From Antedon mediterranea (taxonomy: Eukaryota > Animalia > Echinodermata): a stretch of 64,000 bases of DNA. The translations under genes and the position numbers were made by a program. The DNA lies in contig NC_092672.1 of assembly GCF_964355755.1 (NCBI RefSeq), positions 6,200,001 through 6,264,000 on the forward strand, written 5' to 3'. Positions 1 through 13,551 of this stretch are shown in pieces (the stretch's first letter is position 1; each line of letters starts with the position of its first letter). Under the pieces are notes generated by a model. It saw only the letters and a program-made list of their open reading frames with translations, ran no database searches and was not told where the DNA came from.

Positions 1-183
1 CGCGAATCGAAAGCGCAAGCTTATACGCATGCGTATTCGTGTTCCATCCTCCAAATCACTCTCTATATTCATGCGTATAATCATAGTCAATAGAAAGTAT
101 CTGACGCTGGTTCCTATAGGTTCGCAAATAGAAAGCTTCCTATATATTTACTGTATTTTCATATATTACTATTATTGTTGCAG

Positions 184-595
184 TCAATTCGTTCAGAAAT
201 GCGTTACCACATGACGGACAACACGTCAATGAACAACCATGTTGCTATGATCGGAGAGAAGATTGTTTCACAGAAAATTATAATTGACGTCCACGGCGTT
301 AATCTGGAGGATGGCACAGACTCTCTCCAAACCTGCGTAGATAAGGTGCAAGACCTCGAGAAGATGTTTGGATCTCACTTAGTATGGAAAATCAACAATT
401 ATGCGGAGCGCGTCCAAGATGCAAAGATTGCCAAGAAGACGACCATATTTAGCCCGCCATTTCTTACAGGAAGACATGGTTACAAACTTTCTATGTCTGC
501 CTGTCTAAATGGTGACGGAAAGGGTAAGGATATTCAGACAATTTAGAGAAGTGATCTGCGCGAGTGAAACTAATATTGTTACATAAAACTAAAAA

Positions 596-634
<39 letters not shown>

Positions 635-669
635 AAATCAGGCAAAGAACATTAATTCTAAACCGCCCG

Positions 670-703
<34 letters not shown>

Positions 704-1264
704 CTGCAATTGTTTCTGTAAAATAAAGCTTTGTCTTTTGACAAAAAAGGTGTGATGTGCCCAAATATGGTGTGATATGCTCAAATATGGTAGTTACATG
801 ACATCATCACATTTAGTTCGTCACATAAAGTTTGATAGTGTAGTTAAGAGTAGGAAATTGAAGTAGTGCTTTGTTTTCGACAGGATGTTTTTTTTTTTTT
901 TATAAAAATAATCTTGTTTGAAATTGTCTTCACAGCTAAGGGTCACTTTATGTCCGTGTTCATCTGCATTTGCCGTGGTAAATACGATGCTCTGTTACCA
1001 TTCCCGTTCACACACCGAGTGACCTTTTTCCTCATTGACCAATGTGAAGACCCACAAGCCCGACGGAACATCTCTTACAGCATCAAGCCTGTCCCATGTA
1101 AGGAGAACCGCATGTTTCTGGGTAGACCCCAGAATGAGCGTAACCACAGTTTTGGAACGTCCAAGTTCGCGCCTCTGCACATTCTCAATACCAGGGACTA
1201 TATTCGAGACGACATCATATTTTTAAAGGTTCGAGTTGATCATGATGAAAACATGGGCATATAA
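184..1264 (+). CDS. TRAF-family protein, paralog A (3' two exons only: end of last zinc finger, coiled coil, MATH/TRAF-C domain)
   Basis: Exons 184-523 (cag|TCA..AAG G|gtaag) and 936-1264 (cag|CT AAG..TAA). MATH motifs LVWKI, FSPPFLTGRHGYKL, LNGDG, YDALLPFPFTHRVTF, DYIRDDIIFLKVRVD. 5' exons lie outside the window. Confidence 0.9.
597..700. repeat. (TA)n microsatellites (another at 47259-47302; (CA)n at 60182-60203)
   Basis: Direct reading of the sequence. Confidence 0.9.
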
Positions 1265-1967
1265 GTTGACTTAATGGGACAAAAAATGATAATAATAGTA
1301 TAGGCTTACAAATGGTTATTTTTAAATTCTAACAGCTATATATATAACGCCCTCTTAAATACATTGATATTATACACACTTTCAATATTTTGTACGATAC
1401 ACATACTACCGTTTGTTTCCATTTCTAGATGAATACATTTTAATTATAAATAAATGGTTTGAGTACGTTGGTCATTTGTTTCAAAGATTGTGTTTTTTAG
1501 TAGTGTTTGAACCCGGTCAATAAAGGTTCATTTATACAGTATACAATTATATAGAATCTATGTTATTCTTTATGACCATTTACACAAACCGCGGAGCGGA
1601 CGGACGGTTTCCGCTCAGGATTAGATTGAACGTAGTTGTTCGCTTACCTTCACCGCTCGTCTGTGTAAAGTGAACTTAAGACGCAATAAGATGCATATAA
1701 ATCAATAGGCTATTCTGCATGTCATAAATGCAAAACCAGATCGAATGAGACTCTGTATCCAAAAAGGGTGCATACAATTTGATTATCTGTTATTGTCTGC
1801 TTTTCGTATTCGCCTGTGAAGAAGAAAAGCGTCGCTGCCGAAGGATGATAGCGCCGCAATCAAACCTCACTAAATTCTGAATTGAAATTTATATTTAATT
1901 TAAATATAATTAATTCTTGCAGTTACTCGAAAAGTACACGAACATATTCTGGAGGAATAACATATAG

Positions 1968-2080
1968 CTTAAGTTTAAACAAGTTATGTGACAAAAAAAT
2001 GTGATGTGCCCATATATGGACATGATGATGTCATATCACTACCATAATTTGGGCATATCACTACCATATTAGGGCACATA
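1968..2080. mobile_element. MITE family A, partial copy (further partial copies at about 735-843, 7298-7414, 11302-11445, 22730-22830)
   Basis: Same internal GTGATGTGCCC(A)AATATGG / CATATATGGACATGATGATGTCATATCAC core as the full copies. Confidence 0.75.
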
Positions 2081-2556
2081 CAATAATAATTCATCGGGCG
2101 CTAAGAAAGACCTTGGGGAGCCAATTGTTCATAACAACAGTATAGTATGAACTGTAAGCAACAAAAATAATAAAAATTGTTCCATAGATTATTGAATATT
2201 CATAATTCACTTTTTGCATGCTTTATATGTTTAAGAAATGAATGCATTTTATTCCTAACGACGGCACGTATATTGTAAACACAATTCTTTCAATTCCAAA
2301 TGACGTAGCACATATTAAATAATCATGTCAAAATACCTTTACACGCCCGCGGCAATCAAACAACAGGATGCTGAGCTCCGGAGATCAAAGGGCTGTGTCT
2401 GCGACACGATAAGCTCAATGTCCATACAGTACCGTATTTGTCGCAGCCACACATAAGACCAAAGGCGAGCTCAGTGCCCTGTTGTTAGATTGCCCTGACA
2501 AGCTCAGAAGTTAAACTGTTACAAAATAGTAATGCTTGGCGTAAGCACAACGTAAG

Positions 2557-2577
2557 TGACTCAACCAATCACAGGTG
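2557..2577 (+). promoter_or_regulatory. AP-1 / CCAAT / E-box cluster upstream of TRAF paralog B
   Basis: TGACTCA (2557-2563) immediately followed by CCAAT (2565-2569) and CAGGTG; motif match only. Confidence 0.35.
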
Positions 2578-3306
2578 ATGGATCATTCGAACTGTCGCTT
2601 GTCATTAGTCAATTAGCTCGCGTTGCGTCTCTAGTGGGAACCAAGCTTTGAAACAGGTGCACGTCCGCAAAAAAAGTAAAAAAGAGTTGCGATAGGGCAC
2701 TTTCTCTACAAATGTTTAGAAGTGAGAGACACTTGTGCTTTAGTTCTGTCCTTTTGTTCAGAACTCATATCCCGAAATAATCTACATAATCTAATATTAT
2801 GCAAATTATCCACGTCTTTTTTTGTTTCTTTTTTTCAAATTGGAGACAATCCGCAAAGTATTTATAATTTGTTGGAGACTTGAGATGTTTTGGAAATCCT
2901 TTTTTTTTTCAAATTAATTTTCAGCTAGCTAAAACAGTTCATAAAATGATATGTGTTTGTGTCGGTAACCTAATATTCATAATAATTAATTTTATAGGTC
3001 TATTTATCTAGTACACATAATAAGTTTAACATTTTACGATGTTTGCCATAACGTATAATACATAATCAATAACTTGGAAATATTGACAACGTTATGCTTG
3101 GCTGACTTCAGACAATTATTAAGCGGTTTACAGCGTGTAGTGATGTTTTATCGTATCTAAGAGCCATCGATACAAATCGAAGCCTTCATAACTACGAATT
3201 TTGAAATATTGATATTGCAACAAATATCGCATTACGACAGTTTCGAGACGATTCAATTTGAGAAGGAACTCAACGCGATAACAGTTTCTTCAAAGAACTT
3301 TAAAAA

Positions 3307-6300
3307 ATGCCAGAAAGAAGGGACAGCGCATCGTCTGCTAGTTCGGCAGCAAGTTCTCAGTCGTCTGATGATGAAGATGATCGACCAGGTTCCGCCGGTT
3401 CCGACGCATCGGATGATTCTCGTCCAGGATCAGCAGGCTCGAACGCTAGCGCGGAAGAGGAGAACGATCCGTGTTTGACGAAAGTAGGGGGTGTTTCGGT
3501 CTACTTCGAGGAGCCTTATGACAAGAAATATGAATGTGTGGCATGTAACCAGATCCTACGATTCCCAGTCCAGTTTGAGGAGTGCGGGCACCGCTGCTGT
3601 TCGTCATGTTTGCCTGAACTTCTAAGGTAGGCTTGGAAAAATACAATTATTATGAATGTTTAGGGCTACTGGTATTGGAACATTTTTTATTGTGTATTAT
3701 TATTATTGCTTATTCTATGGATGGATGCATTATTTATCATTCCTCGACGCTTATCCATTGGTATTTCTAAAACCGTAATGATAACGGCGAGGCCAACATT
3801 GCTTCCGGAGCAAAATAAAAGATAAAAAAAACTTTAATTTTGGAAGATTTCGGGATCGAAATTGTGTGATTTTTTTGGGTTGCAAAAAAAACCCAATAAT
3901 ATATATTAAATTACAATGCGAAAACCCAAACTGAATTATAATTATAATTTCGACTACAGACAATTACTTGTCTCTGTAAAATCCCTGCAATATTGTAACA
4001 ATGTAAATACATATTGCTGAATAAATGTGAATTTATTATAAGAGTGTTGAGATCTGATATATATCTTAAATTTTTTAAATAACTAATCTTAAGATACAAT
4101 GCATTATAAAAACTATATCGCAGGATACAATAACTCATGATAAGGATAACGATAACATTTCTTGTAAAAACAAAATTATCTATACAAAATAATAAATGCG
4201 ATTTAGGTACATTTCGATAATCTAGGCTATTTCGTTTATGAAATTTAAATGCCTAACTAGTAGAAATAATACAACATTTTGGCATGATAACACATTAGCA
4301 TTGTGTGGATTTTAGCAAAGGCGTTTTACACTTATCATGTAAACTGTTTATATTAAATTATATAACGCATTTCTCAGTTATATAACACGCATTCACGGCA
4401 GTCATTAAAATGGAAAAACATAATTAATCTATGTTTATTATATTTTAATGTATTATACATGACGATGAAGGCGTCTCATAGCAAAAGTGACGAGTGCGTT
4501 CAAACACTGATGAGAATATTCACGGTTTTGTAGGCGCGCGTTTTTAATAGCTGCGTCTTTTTGGTGTCACATGTGTGAACTTCGTAATGTTGGTTGCCAG
4601 ATATGCCGTGTTCACACGCACTAAAGTTCATAGAACGGATTTAAGCTGATCCGAAGCATATCAGAGTTATGTACGACGTAAGAAATGGACATATGATCTG
4701 TGAACTCTCTCAATGCCTCCGTGTCCGATATAATTCCGATGTACCTCCGACATAACTACGATAGGTTTCAGAGTTACAATTTCGTCCGTGTCGTCAACTC
4801 CGATATACTTCGATAAGTTTCAGAGGCTAGTTCAATTCAGAAACTCCTGTAATCTTACTTTAACGTACATTAAAACTTGACAAATGCTATGAAGTAGGCA
4901 AAATGTGTACTGTACTATATTATTTCTTTCAAATTATACAAGTTTCTTCTTTATTCTTATAAATATATAGATACATCTTTGAGCGTCCTGGGTAGGTAAT
5001 CACACATAATTAGGATAAAACAGATTAAATACACTTCTTATCCCATATGCGCACGTATATCAATGATGAAGTAAACCTGCAATGAGCATGAGCAAACCCT
5101 TTCACCCACTGGACCTTGCCTGTATCTTTTAAGCCGATTTTCCACTAGGCGAATTTGTTCGCGCGAATCGAAGGCGTCAGCTAATACGCATGCGTAGAGA
5201 AGGATGTGGAAGATGTAAACATGAATACACATGCGTACAAGCTGGCGCTTTCGATTCGCGCGAACAAATTCGCCTAGTGGAAAATCGGCTTAAAAGTTTT
5301 CACATTGATAGTACTGTTTCATCGATACCATTAAAACCATCGGAAGATCATAATCAAAGATGCATAGCGTAGCTGCGCTATGTAATCTTTGTATCTTCAG
5401 TAACGCCAAGGAGAGGCATAACATTAACGCGCGCGCGTACAAAAGACACACTATTGTTATCACTGTTTGAACGCCGCGAATACAATTAAGTATGCCTCAT
5501 TTGCGGTATCACGTGGTTTTAATGATTTAATTGATTGAAATTGTAACAATATAAAATTATTGAGTTGTTTGTTATGGTTTCTATCGGTGGCCAAGTTGCA
5601 CCGTATCAAATAATGAAACATAAACATATGCACTTGTTAATGAAAATGAATGAAATAATATTATTTTTAAATTGAGTATTGACCATGAATTCGTCTCAAG
5701 CCCATCACACATGGAGCATGAATAGAATATTCATTTTATTTTTTTTTTGCCGCAAAAGATCGAAACAACGCTGCTCATATAATTAGAAAAACTCCGAACT
5801 TTGAGTAATATTTTGCAGAAAATTCAAGAAGAGTTTTGTTCGGCCTATCTTTAAAGTTTTCTTAAATCTCTCTTAGAACACCAAAATGACGAACCAGACT
5901 TACATTTTCTGCAATATATTTCCATGTCCGCAGCCACCACATTTATTTTAAAGCAATATTTAGCAAAGAATGAGTCGCCGGCATTCGATCTTTTACGATG
6001 TCAAACATTTTAATGAGTGTAAATAAATTGTGAAAAAATGTGTTAGTGGTTTGATTAGCAATTTAGAACGATTTTCAAAATTGACAAAGATGCCTATGGT
6101 GCGGAAAATTGGCCAAATTATCAATGAATAGTTTACTATTATCGAATAAAATCTTGCAATGGTCAAGAAAGAAACGTTTCGGTTTTTAACTGAATATATT
6201 GTCTCAATTGCTAATCCGCAATCAAGCAATTATCTATGACGACTAAATGTCGATTCGGGATAGATATCCCATCCACAATTATAATTTTATCTAAAATATC

Positions 6301-8650
6301 ATTCTCCAAATTTTTTAGAATTTCGCCAAAGTGCCCACTTGATGAGAAACCCGTATCACGTGATAAGGTATACGTGGACACATCGTTTGGACGAGAAATT
6401 GGTGATCTTCCGATCAAATGCTACTATCACAAGAAAGGCTGTGATTGGACAGGCGTACTCGATGAATGTAAGGTAAGGATGCGTTCACACGTACGCTGCA
6501 GGCTTGAACTGGGTTTGACTTACGTAAGGTACATGATGGTTTCAAATGCCAAAGTGTTCACGTGATATTCACCATATATTGGTATGGCGTTAAGATAAGA
6601 CACGTGTAATGTACAAGTTCGTGTCTACAGGATGATACCAATCGATATTAAAGCTATAGACCTAACGAAGAAGAAACACTGCATCTAATATGGATTAAAA
6701 ACCCCAAATGGAAAAGGCTATAAACTTACCCCAAGTTATTTTCTTGTATGCCTTGTATTCCTTTGATTTGTGTCTATGCTTCCAGCTGAAGTATACGTAT
6801 GACTCGCCATGTGTGCCCAAATATTTTTCTTTTACTAATATTAAGCTGAGTCTAGAACCTAGGCTAGTTGAAAGCCAACGTAGCACAAATTTCTAGAATT
6901 GCGCATATATAATACAGTATAATCCGATTCATTTCCAGGATCATAATGGAAAGTGTAAATACATTGAGATGGAATGTCCGAACGTGTGCGGAGCCAAGTT
7001 CGAGAAGCGTTTTCTGGAATCTCACCTTAGCGAAGAATGTAGCAAACGCATGGTCACGTGCGAGTTCTGTGAGAAGTCTGTGTTTTACAAAGATGAAATT
7101 TCTCACTTAAACCAATGTCTGAAATTCCCCGTACCTTGCCCGAATGGATGCGACCAGACAGATATACCTCGAGAGCAGTTAAAAAAACATACTGATACAG
7201 ACTGCCCTAAGCAGAAAATTGACTGTCCATTCGCAACCATGGGATGCGATTTTAAGGTAAGAACACAGGGATTTCATAATAATTCTAATTCCTCTAAAGC
7301 CTTGTCTACACTATCAAACTTTATGGGACAAAAAATATGATGTGCCCAAATATGGTAGTGATCAAATCTATATATGGGCACATCACATTTTTGTCACATA
7401 CAGTTTGATAGTGTTTAAAGGAATGAGTAGAATTACATAAAGAAAGGTACTAACGAAATAGTTCTTATCAACCATTTGCCTTTAAATATGAAAAATAATT
7501 ATGGAATGTGAAATAAAAAGGAATTTCTTAAATAGACTGAGCGCCAGAAAATGCAACGGCATGTTCAAGACGATTCAATGACGTCAAAACATGTGACCAT
7601 GGTCGGATCGACGATTGTGAAGCATCAGGATACCCTGGACAAGCAGGTGGAAATGATGGACATCCACAAGGAGACGTTGGGCAACTGTCTGCAGAAGGTA
7701 CGAGACCTGGAAAAGCTGTACGGATCTCAGTTGATCTGGAAGGTTGATCGATACGCGGAGAGGATGCAAGAGGCTAAAACCGGTAAAAAGATCACAATCT
7801 TCAGTCCGCCATTCTTGACTAGTCGACATGGTTATAAGATGGCAGTTTCACTATGCCTTAATGGAGATGGCAAAGGTAAGTGACTATCAAAAACAATGAT
7901 GTAACTCTCTCCTATTGTCCAATTTAATATTCAAATGATCCACACAAAAAAATGGTCTGACCTCACCAACTTACAAAACATAATTTTAACCAGGGAAGAG
8001 TGAAATCACACTTCACTCTTCACGCTGATTTTAACGTAACGGCATCTGGCGACATCAAACCACATGCTGGTTGTGTTTATCAGAAACTTTTAATAGACAT
8101 GAAACTTCTTACATATTACATCATGATGTCTGTCGCTGAATATTGATATATTAGGCCTAGTTGTCTTGCCATTTCAGAAATACCACCTGTTCTTCTACGA
8201 TACTCTACCATAACTATCAGTTAACTGGTTATTCAGACCCAGTATCTCTCCTTTCTAAAACATATCTTTTTATATTTTTCCGAAGTTTCAATATCTTAAA
8301 ACGTTGTGTTTTTTCTTACAGCCAAAGGTCATTTCATGTCCGTTTTTATCTGCATTTGCCGTGGAGAGTACGACGCTCTAGTACCATACCCATTCACACA
8401 TCGAGTGACGTTCACCCTCATCGACCAATGTCAAGATCCGAAGGCCAGACGTAACATCTCCTACAGCATCAAGCCTAACCCGTGCAAGGAGAACAAACCG
8501 TTCCTCGGCAGACCTCAGGGCGAACGCAACGCTAGCTTTGGAACACAGAAATTCGTACCATTGAACACGCTGAAGTCGCTGGACTACATTCGCGATGACA
8601 CTATGTTCATCAAAGTCCACGTTGATCATGACGACAACATGTGTATCTAA
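3307..8650 (+). CDS. TNF receptor-associated factor (TRAF4/TRAF6-like), paralog B, complete, 486 aa
   Basis: Exons 3307-3626, 6319-6472, 6939-7256, 7536-7875, 8322-8650 (1461 nt, phases consistent, all GT-AG). RING YECVACNQILRFPVQFEECGHRCCSSC..KCPLD, five TRAF-type zinc fingers, short coiled coil, MATH domain. Confidence 0.93.
5132..5290. mobile_element. Harbinger-type MITE family B
   Basis: Near-perfect ~40-bp TIR AGCCGATTTTCCACTAGGCGAATTTGTTCGCGCGAATCGAA with TTA/TAA flanks. A partial copy is at positions 1-35. Confidence 0.85.
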
Positions 8651-10561
8651 GGAACTACGAACTGTCTACAAATTGTAAATATTACGCGTCTAAGGCTTCT
8701 TGTTTATAAATATAAATTATCTATGCATTGACTAATATAAATTAATAAAATAGTCATCAGATCATATGAAATTACTATTATTAGGTACCGGGAATGGGAA
8801 GGAGTTCGGGGCAGGTATAGTAACAGGGCTATATGTTAACATTTTCGGATTGTACCTACAAAATTGTTAATTATTTAGGTCTAAATATAACTTTTTTCTT
8901 TTCATTCGATCATAGATATTACACGATAATCAATAATATGGATCACGCGGCACGAGAAACATTACATTTGTCATTGAATTAACAAATCGTTAAATTAAAC
9001 AGTGCTTTTAATATAGTATGTTTTATAGTGCAAAAGTAAACATGCGCAGATCGACTGAGACAAATATCTTCTCGTGAAAGGACAGACAAACATTGTAAGA
9101 AACCACCGTAAATCACTAATTAGGTTATGACATTTATAAGAAAAAACGTTTTATTTGGATTAAAAAATGATCTAGGTTATTTAAGACAAGTAAAAAGAAC
9201 AACCTGATATATAGATATACTGTATCATTTGCTTTAATCACCCGTGTTGTAATATTTTTGTTAAACCAAAACACAGTTTTATTATTTTTGTAAACGTATT
9301 ATCGTCGATATATAAAATGTGTTTTAAAATTTATAGATTATATAATTTTACCTTAGCTAAACATTGACATGACAAAAACATGTTTTGTTCTTAATATTTC
9401 AGTCGGTTTTTACGTAGGATGATTCCACGGTAAACAAAACATTTATTATACAATAGATATGCCAATAACAAGTGCCTTATATCTGGATTGACAAAGAATG
9501 CCAATGTAATGAATTGGATAGCATCATTAAATTACTAGTATATCTATATATTGCAAACAAGGTGTATATATAATTATATATATTGAAAAAAGGTTATTTT
9601 TTAAATGTAAAAAGTATGTGAAAGTGAATAAATCTATATAACACAGCAGCACTCTTCTTTTTTCGATTTTGGTCCAACTTTTGCGCGATCGGTGGCCTAT
9701 CGTCAGTCACGTTGACGTAAAGCACCTAGAGGGGTCAGTGATCCATTAGGCGCTATATAAATACTGTTTATTATTATTAATATTAAACGGAATGGGCCTC
9801 TATATTTGTGTTTTCATTTTGTATGTGTTCATACGAAGAATCATAAACATTTCAGTAAAAAACACGCGAACAAAAATATTCACACGTTTCACGGAGAAGA
9901 AAACGGCGCCGTTTAATTCATATATCATTTTACAATACAAAACGTCGCCGTTTTCCGTTCCGTAAAACTAACAAGTGGGAATGTAGATTTCAATTTTACA
10001 AAGAGCCGAACGCTTTGTAAAATTGTCTTAGTAAAGTCAGAAAAAACGGTGGGAAGAAACGATTTTCCTACGTCAAGAAGATTATATTGCCACAGAATCG
10101 ACGATTTAAGATCAATACCATATTAACATCACACGCTCTCGTTTAAGAAAGCCCCCAGCAGAGGCAATATGTGCTTCCAGAACAGAATAAAACTGAACAT
10201 CTAAAACAACTAATTACATGAATTAAAGCGTTGTTTATTAAACAGCTTTATAAAGGCCAAATCGATTACCGCAATCAATAAATAAACGCATAAACGCATT
10301 ATACTTCCAACAAGTATATCTTTCTTGTCTAAACATAAAAAAGAACGATTTATATTTCATATACTAGGTTCATTACCGTAATGATAAAAAACAGTAATAT
10401 AACAGGGGAGATCTCACATTTGTTTGTTAAAATAAATAGATGAGTAGGCCATATCGCATTATAAAAATGTATAAAATCTCGTCAAAGTGTAGGCTAAACA
10501 ACAGCTTGCAGAAAAAAAAGTATCGACACAAAGAAGATTACCAGTCTATTAGTTTTACAGT

Positions 10562-10875
10562 GAGATTTTCGATACAGTACGTTAAAATATTCTATTTTCG
10601 ATACGTGAAAATATTCTATTAATTTCTATTTTCGATACGTGAAAATATTCGATTTTCGATACGTGAAAAAATTAGATTTTCGATACGTGAAAAAATTAGA
10701 TTTTCGATACGTGAAAATATTCGATTTTCGATACGTGAAATATTCGATTTTCGATACGTGAAAATATTCGATTTTCGATAAGTGAATAAGCGATTGAGAT
10801 ACTGTACGTGAAAATAAGCGAGTTACATACTTTACAAAAAAGCGATTTTAAAAACGTGAAAATAGGCGATTTTCT
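10562..10875. repeat. Minisatellite, ~24-bp unit GATTTTCGATACGTGAAAATATTC
   Basis: About nine head-to-tail copies, degenerating at both ends. Confidence 0.9.
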
Positions 10876-11459
10876 ATATATGAGCATATTTTTTCTGTTA
10901 AAAAGCCTGGAGAAGGTTCTTTATAAAATTGTTTTGTAAATTACTAACAACGAAAAATCTCATTTGTTTGACACAAGCAAAATAGTATTAGAAACAAAAT
11001 AATTTAAAAAGAAAAACAGATTACAAAACAGTACTTGATTAGTTCAGTACACGATTCAATAGACTTTCTTCCATCAGTCATAGTAATGATTTTCAATGTG
11101 ATGGATGGATACTAAATTAGCAAATTGATGAAGAATTTATCAGAAATAGAAAGTTTTTCAAAATGTAATATCAATGTAGACAATTATCACCGATACTTAA
11201 AACTCAGAAAGTGTCCTATCTTTTTTATATCTGTGAGGTGATTAGGGATTGTTCGAACTGTAATTCTCCAAGTCTGTAGTAACAGTTGCTGTTTTATGTT
11301 AAGCTCTGTCTACACTATCAAACCTTATGTGACCAAACATTTGCTGTATGCATATATGGACACGATAACGTCATATTTCTACCATATTTGTACGGGGCGC
11401 CGTTCGGGACATAATTTACTCCCCGTATATTTGGACACATCACATTGTTAAAAAATATT

Positions 11460-13395
11460 TATCTGGTGTAGGTATGGTCACATACTGATTTTCAATGGAT
11501 TAGAAAAGTTAGAGATAGATGTAACCGAAAATAACATTTTACATTTAACTCAAAAACTATATGCGGTGTACCCCAAGGGTCTATACTGGGACCATTATTG
11601 TTTTTGATTTATGTCATTGTCAATGACATACCCAACACATCCAATTTTTTAAATTTTATTTATTTGCTGATGACACAAATATATTCTACTCACATAAAAA
11701 TAAAGAGACATTATTTACAATTATTAATGTTGAACTTATTAAAGCCGCAAATTGGTTTAAATTAAATATTTTCTGTTTAATTATAAAGTAAGGGCTTCTA
11801 TTAATGGTCATAGTTTTATTGATAATTTTAATATATCACATGTTAACGAAACTAAATTCCTTGGTATCACTATAGATGAAAAACTAACATGGAAACCTCA
11901 CCTTCATATAATTAGTAATATAATTTCATAAATATTGGCATTATGAATAAACTCAAATACATACTTCCTTCTAATATACTCATAATACCTTAGTTCTACT
12001 GTATATTTTATATTTTAATTTGGGCCGTACTATAAATTGGGTGAGGTGATTTCCCGAATGATCGTAAAATCAAAACGGTACTGGGTATATGACCAACTAG
12101 CGTTCTTGTCACCAACTAGTCATCCATTCATAGAAGTACTGATGTAGTAGCCTACCTGTACGGTGACCATAGAATGTGACCCGAGAAATGACTAACTACA
12201 ACTTTTTTTTTTCTTCTGTTTTTAGATGATAGAAAGTTGAGAAAATTTTTTACGAGTAGTTGTACGATATGAAGATGTTTATGAAAATATGTTAAAGATG
12301 TAAAACATACTACACTAGGCGTATAAACAGTAATGTTTGTTAGTAAAAACAATTTTATGTTAAAAGATATAAGGAAGAAAAGCAAAGAGATTATGGAGCG
12401 GCTGTACCTGAATATACAATACAAGTATTGTAAGGTTAAAAACTAGAAATTTAGGCGATCTTGTCAAAGGTCAAGCGCCTTCAGCCTGCCACGTTTCGAT
12501 ATTCAATATTGAACTTGATGGACAAGCCTTGAATCATCTGTTACTGATCATCTGTTCAAATTACAAAAGAGAGCTTTGAGAATTTGTGATGTTGTCATTT
12601 CAATCTCATACCAAACCTTTATTCCTTAAGTTTAATTTTTTAAACATTTACGATATTAATAAACTCTAAACGCGTTCATGTATCATATTCATCATTTCAA
12701 TCTCATACAAAACCTTTATTCCTTAAGTTTAATGTTTTAAACATTTACGATATTAATAAACTCCAAACGGCTCTGTTCATGTATCGTATTCACAATTTAA
12801 TTATTCCACCTCATATTTCTTCACCATTTGTTAAATCTGACAAGCATGCATTTAATACTAGACATGCAGATGATTATGTAACCGAAGCTTTTACAACAAA
12901 CATTAGACGTAATTAATTTTTTATACTGGTCCAAAACTTTGGAATTCTCTCTCGATTTAATTAAAAAACAAACCATCCATTGCTAATTTTAAATATAAGA
13001 CATCTCTGATGAGTAATTGCCTGACATGCACCATCTGATCCATTATATTGTTATTATTATAATCTGTGCCATGATTTTACATATTTCCATATGCATATTT
13101 GCTTTTTATCCCATAGGCCTATCCGAATACTACTCAGTTTATTTATTTATTTATTATTTTTTTAACTCATGTTTTTTTCTACTTCTTTATTATCTTTTTA
13201 TAGAATATTTATAATCATAATAATGTATGTATAATAATGTTTGAAATGGGGGTCAGCCTTAAAGTTCTTTGAACTTATTTGACCTCCATCCACACTCATG
13301 TTTCTCTTAATCTAATAATTAATCTATGTTTTATTATGTACAATGTACAACTGTATTATTTGATGTATGTTGAAAATTTAATAAAACAAACAAAC
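11460..13395 (+). mobile_element. Degenerate 5'-truncated LINE (CR1/L2 group) reverse transcriptase with nested insertion
   Basis: Translatable pieces CGVPQGSILGPLLFLIYV, FADDTNIF, KFLGITIDEKLTWKPH, YTGPKLWNSL, with frameshifts and stops. Interrupted at about 12020-12510, internal ~96-bp duplication near 12595-12790, tail AATAAAACAAACAAAC. Confidence 0.85.
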
Positions 13396-13551
13396 AGAAA
13401 AAACATTATTTTATAAGGGCCTCTTCAAGTCAGCTGTACTGCTGTAGTACAGCTGTTAGAGCTACCCCTTGTAAAACAAGGTTGAATAAATAAATAAATA
13501 AACTTTTAAAATAAAGTTTATGAACATTATTAAAACTTACAGAATAAATTG

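Noticed and set aside
5038-5372. Mirror-image ORFs on both strands (AFDSREQIRLVENRLK)
   Set aside because: Translation of the two TIRs of MITE family B.
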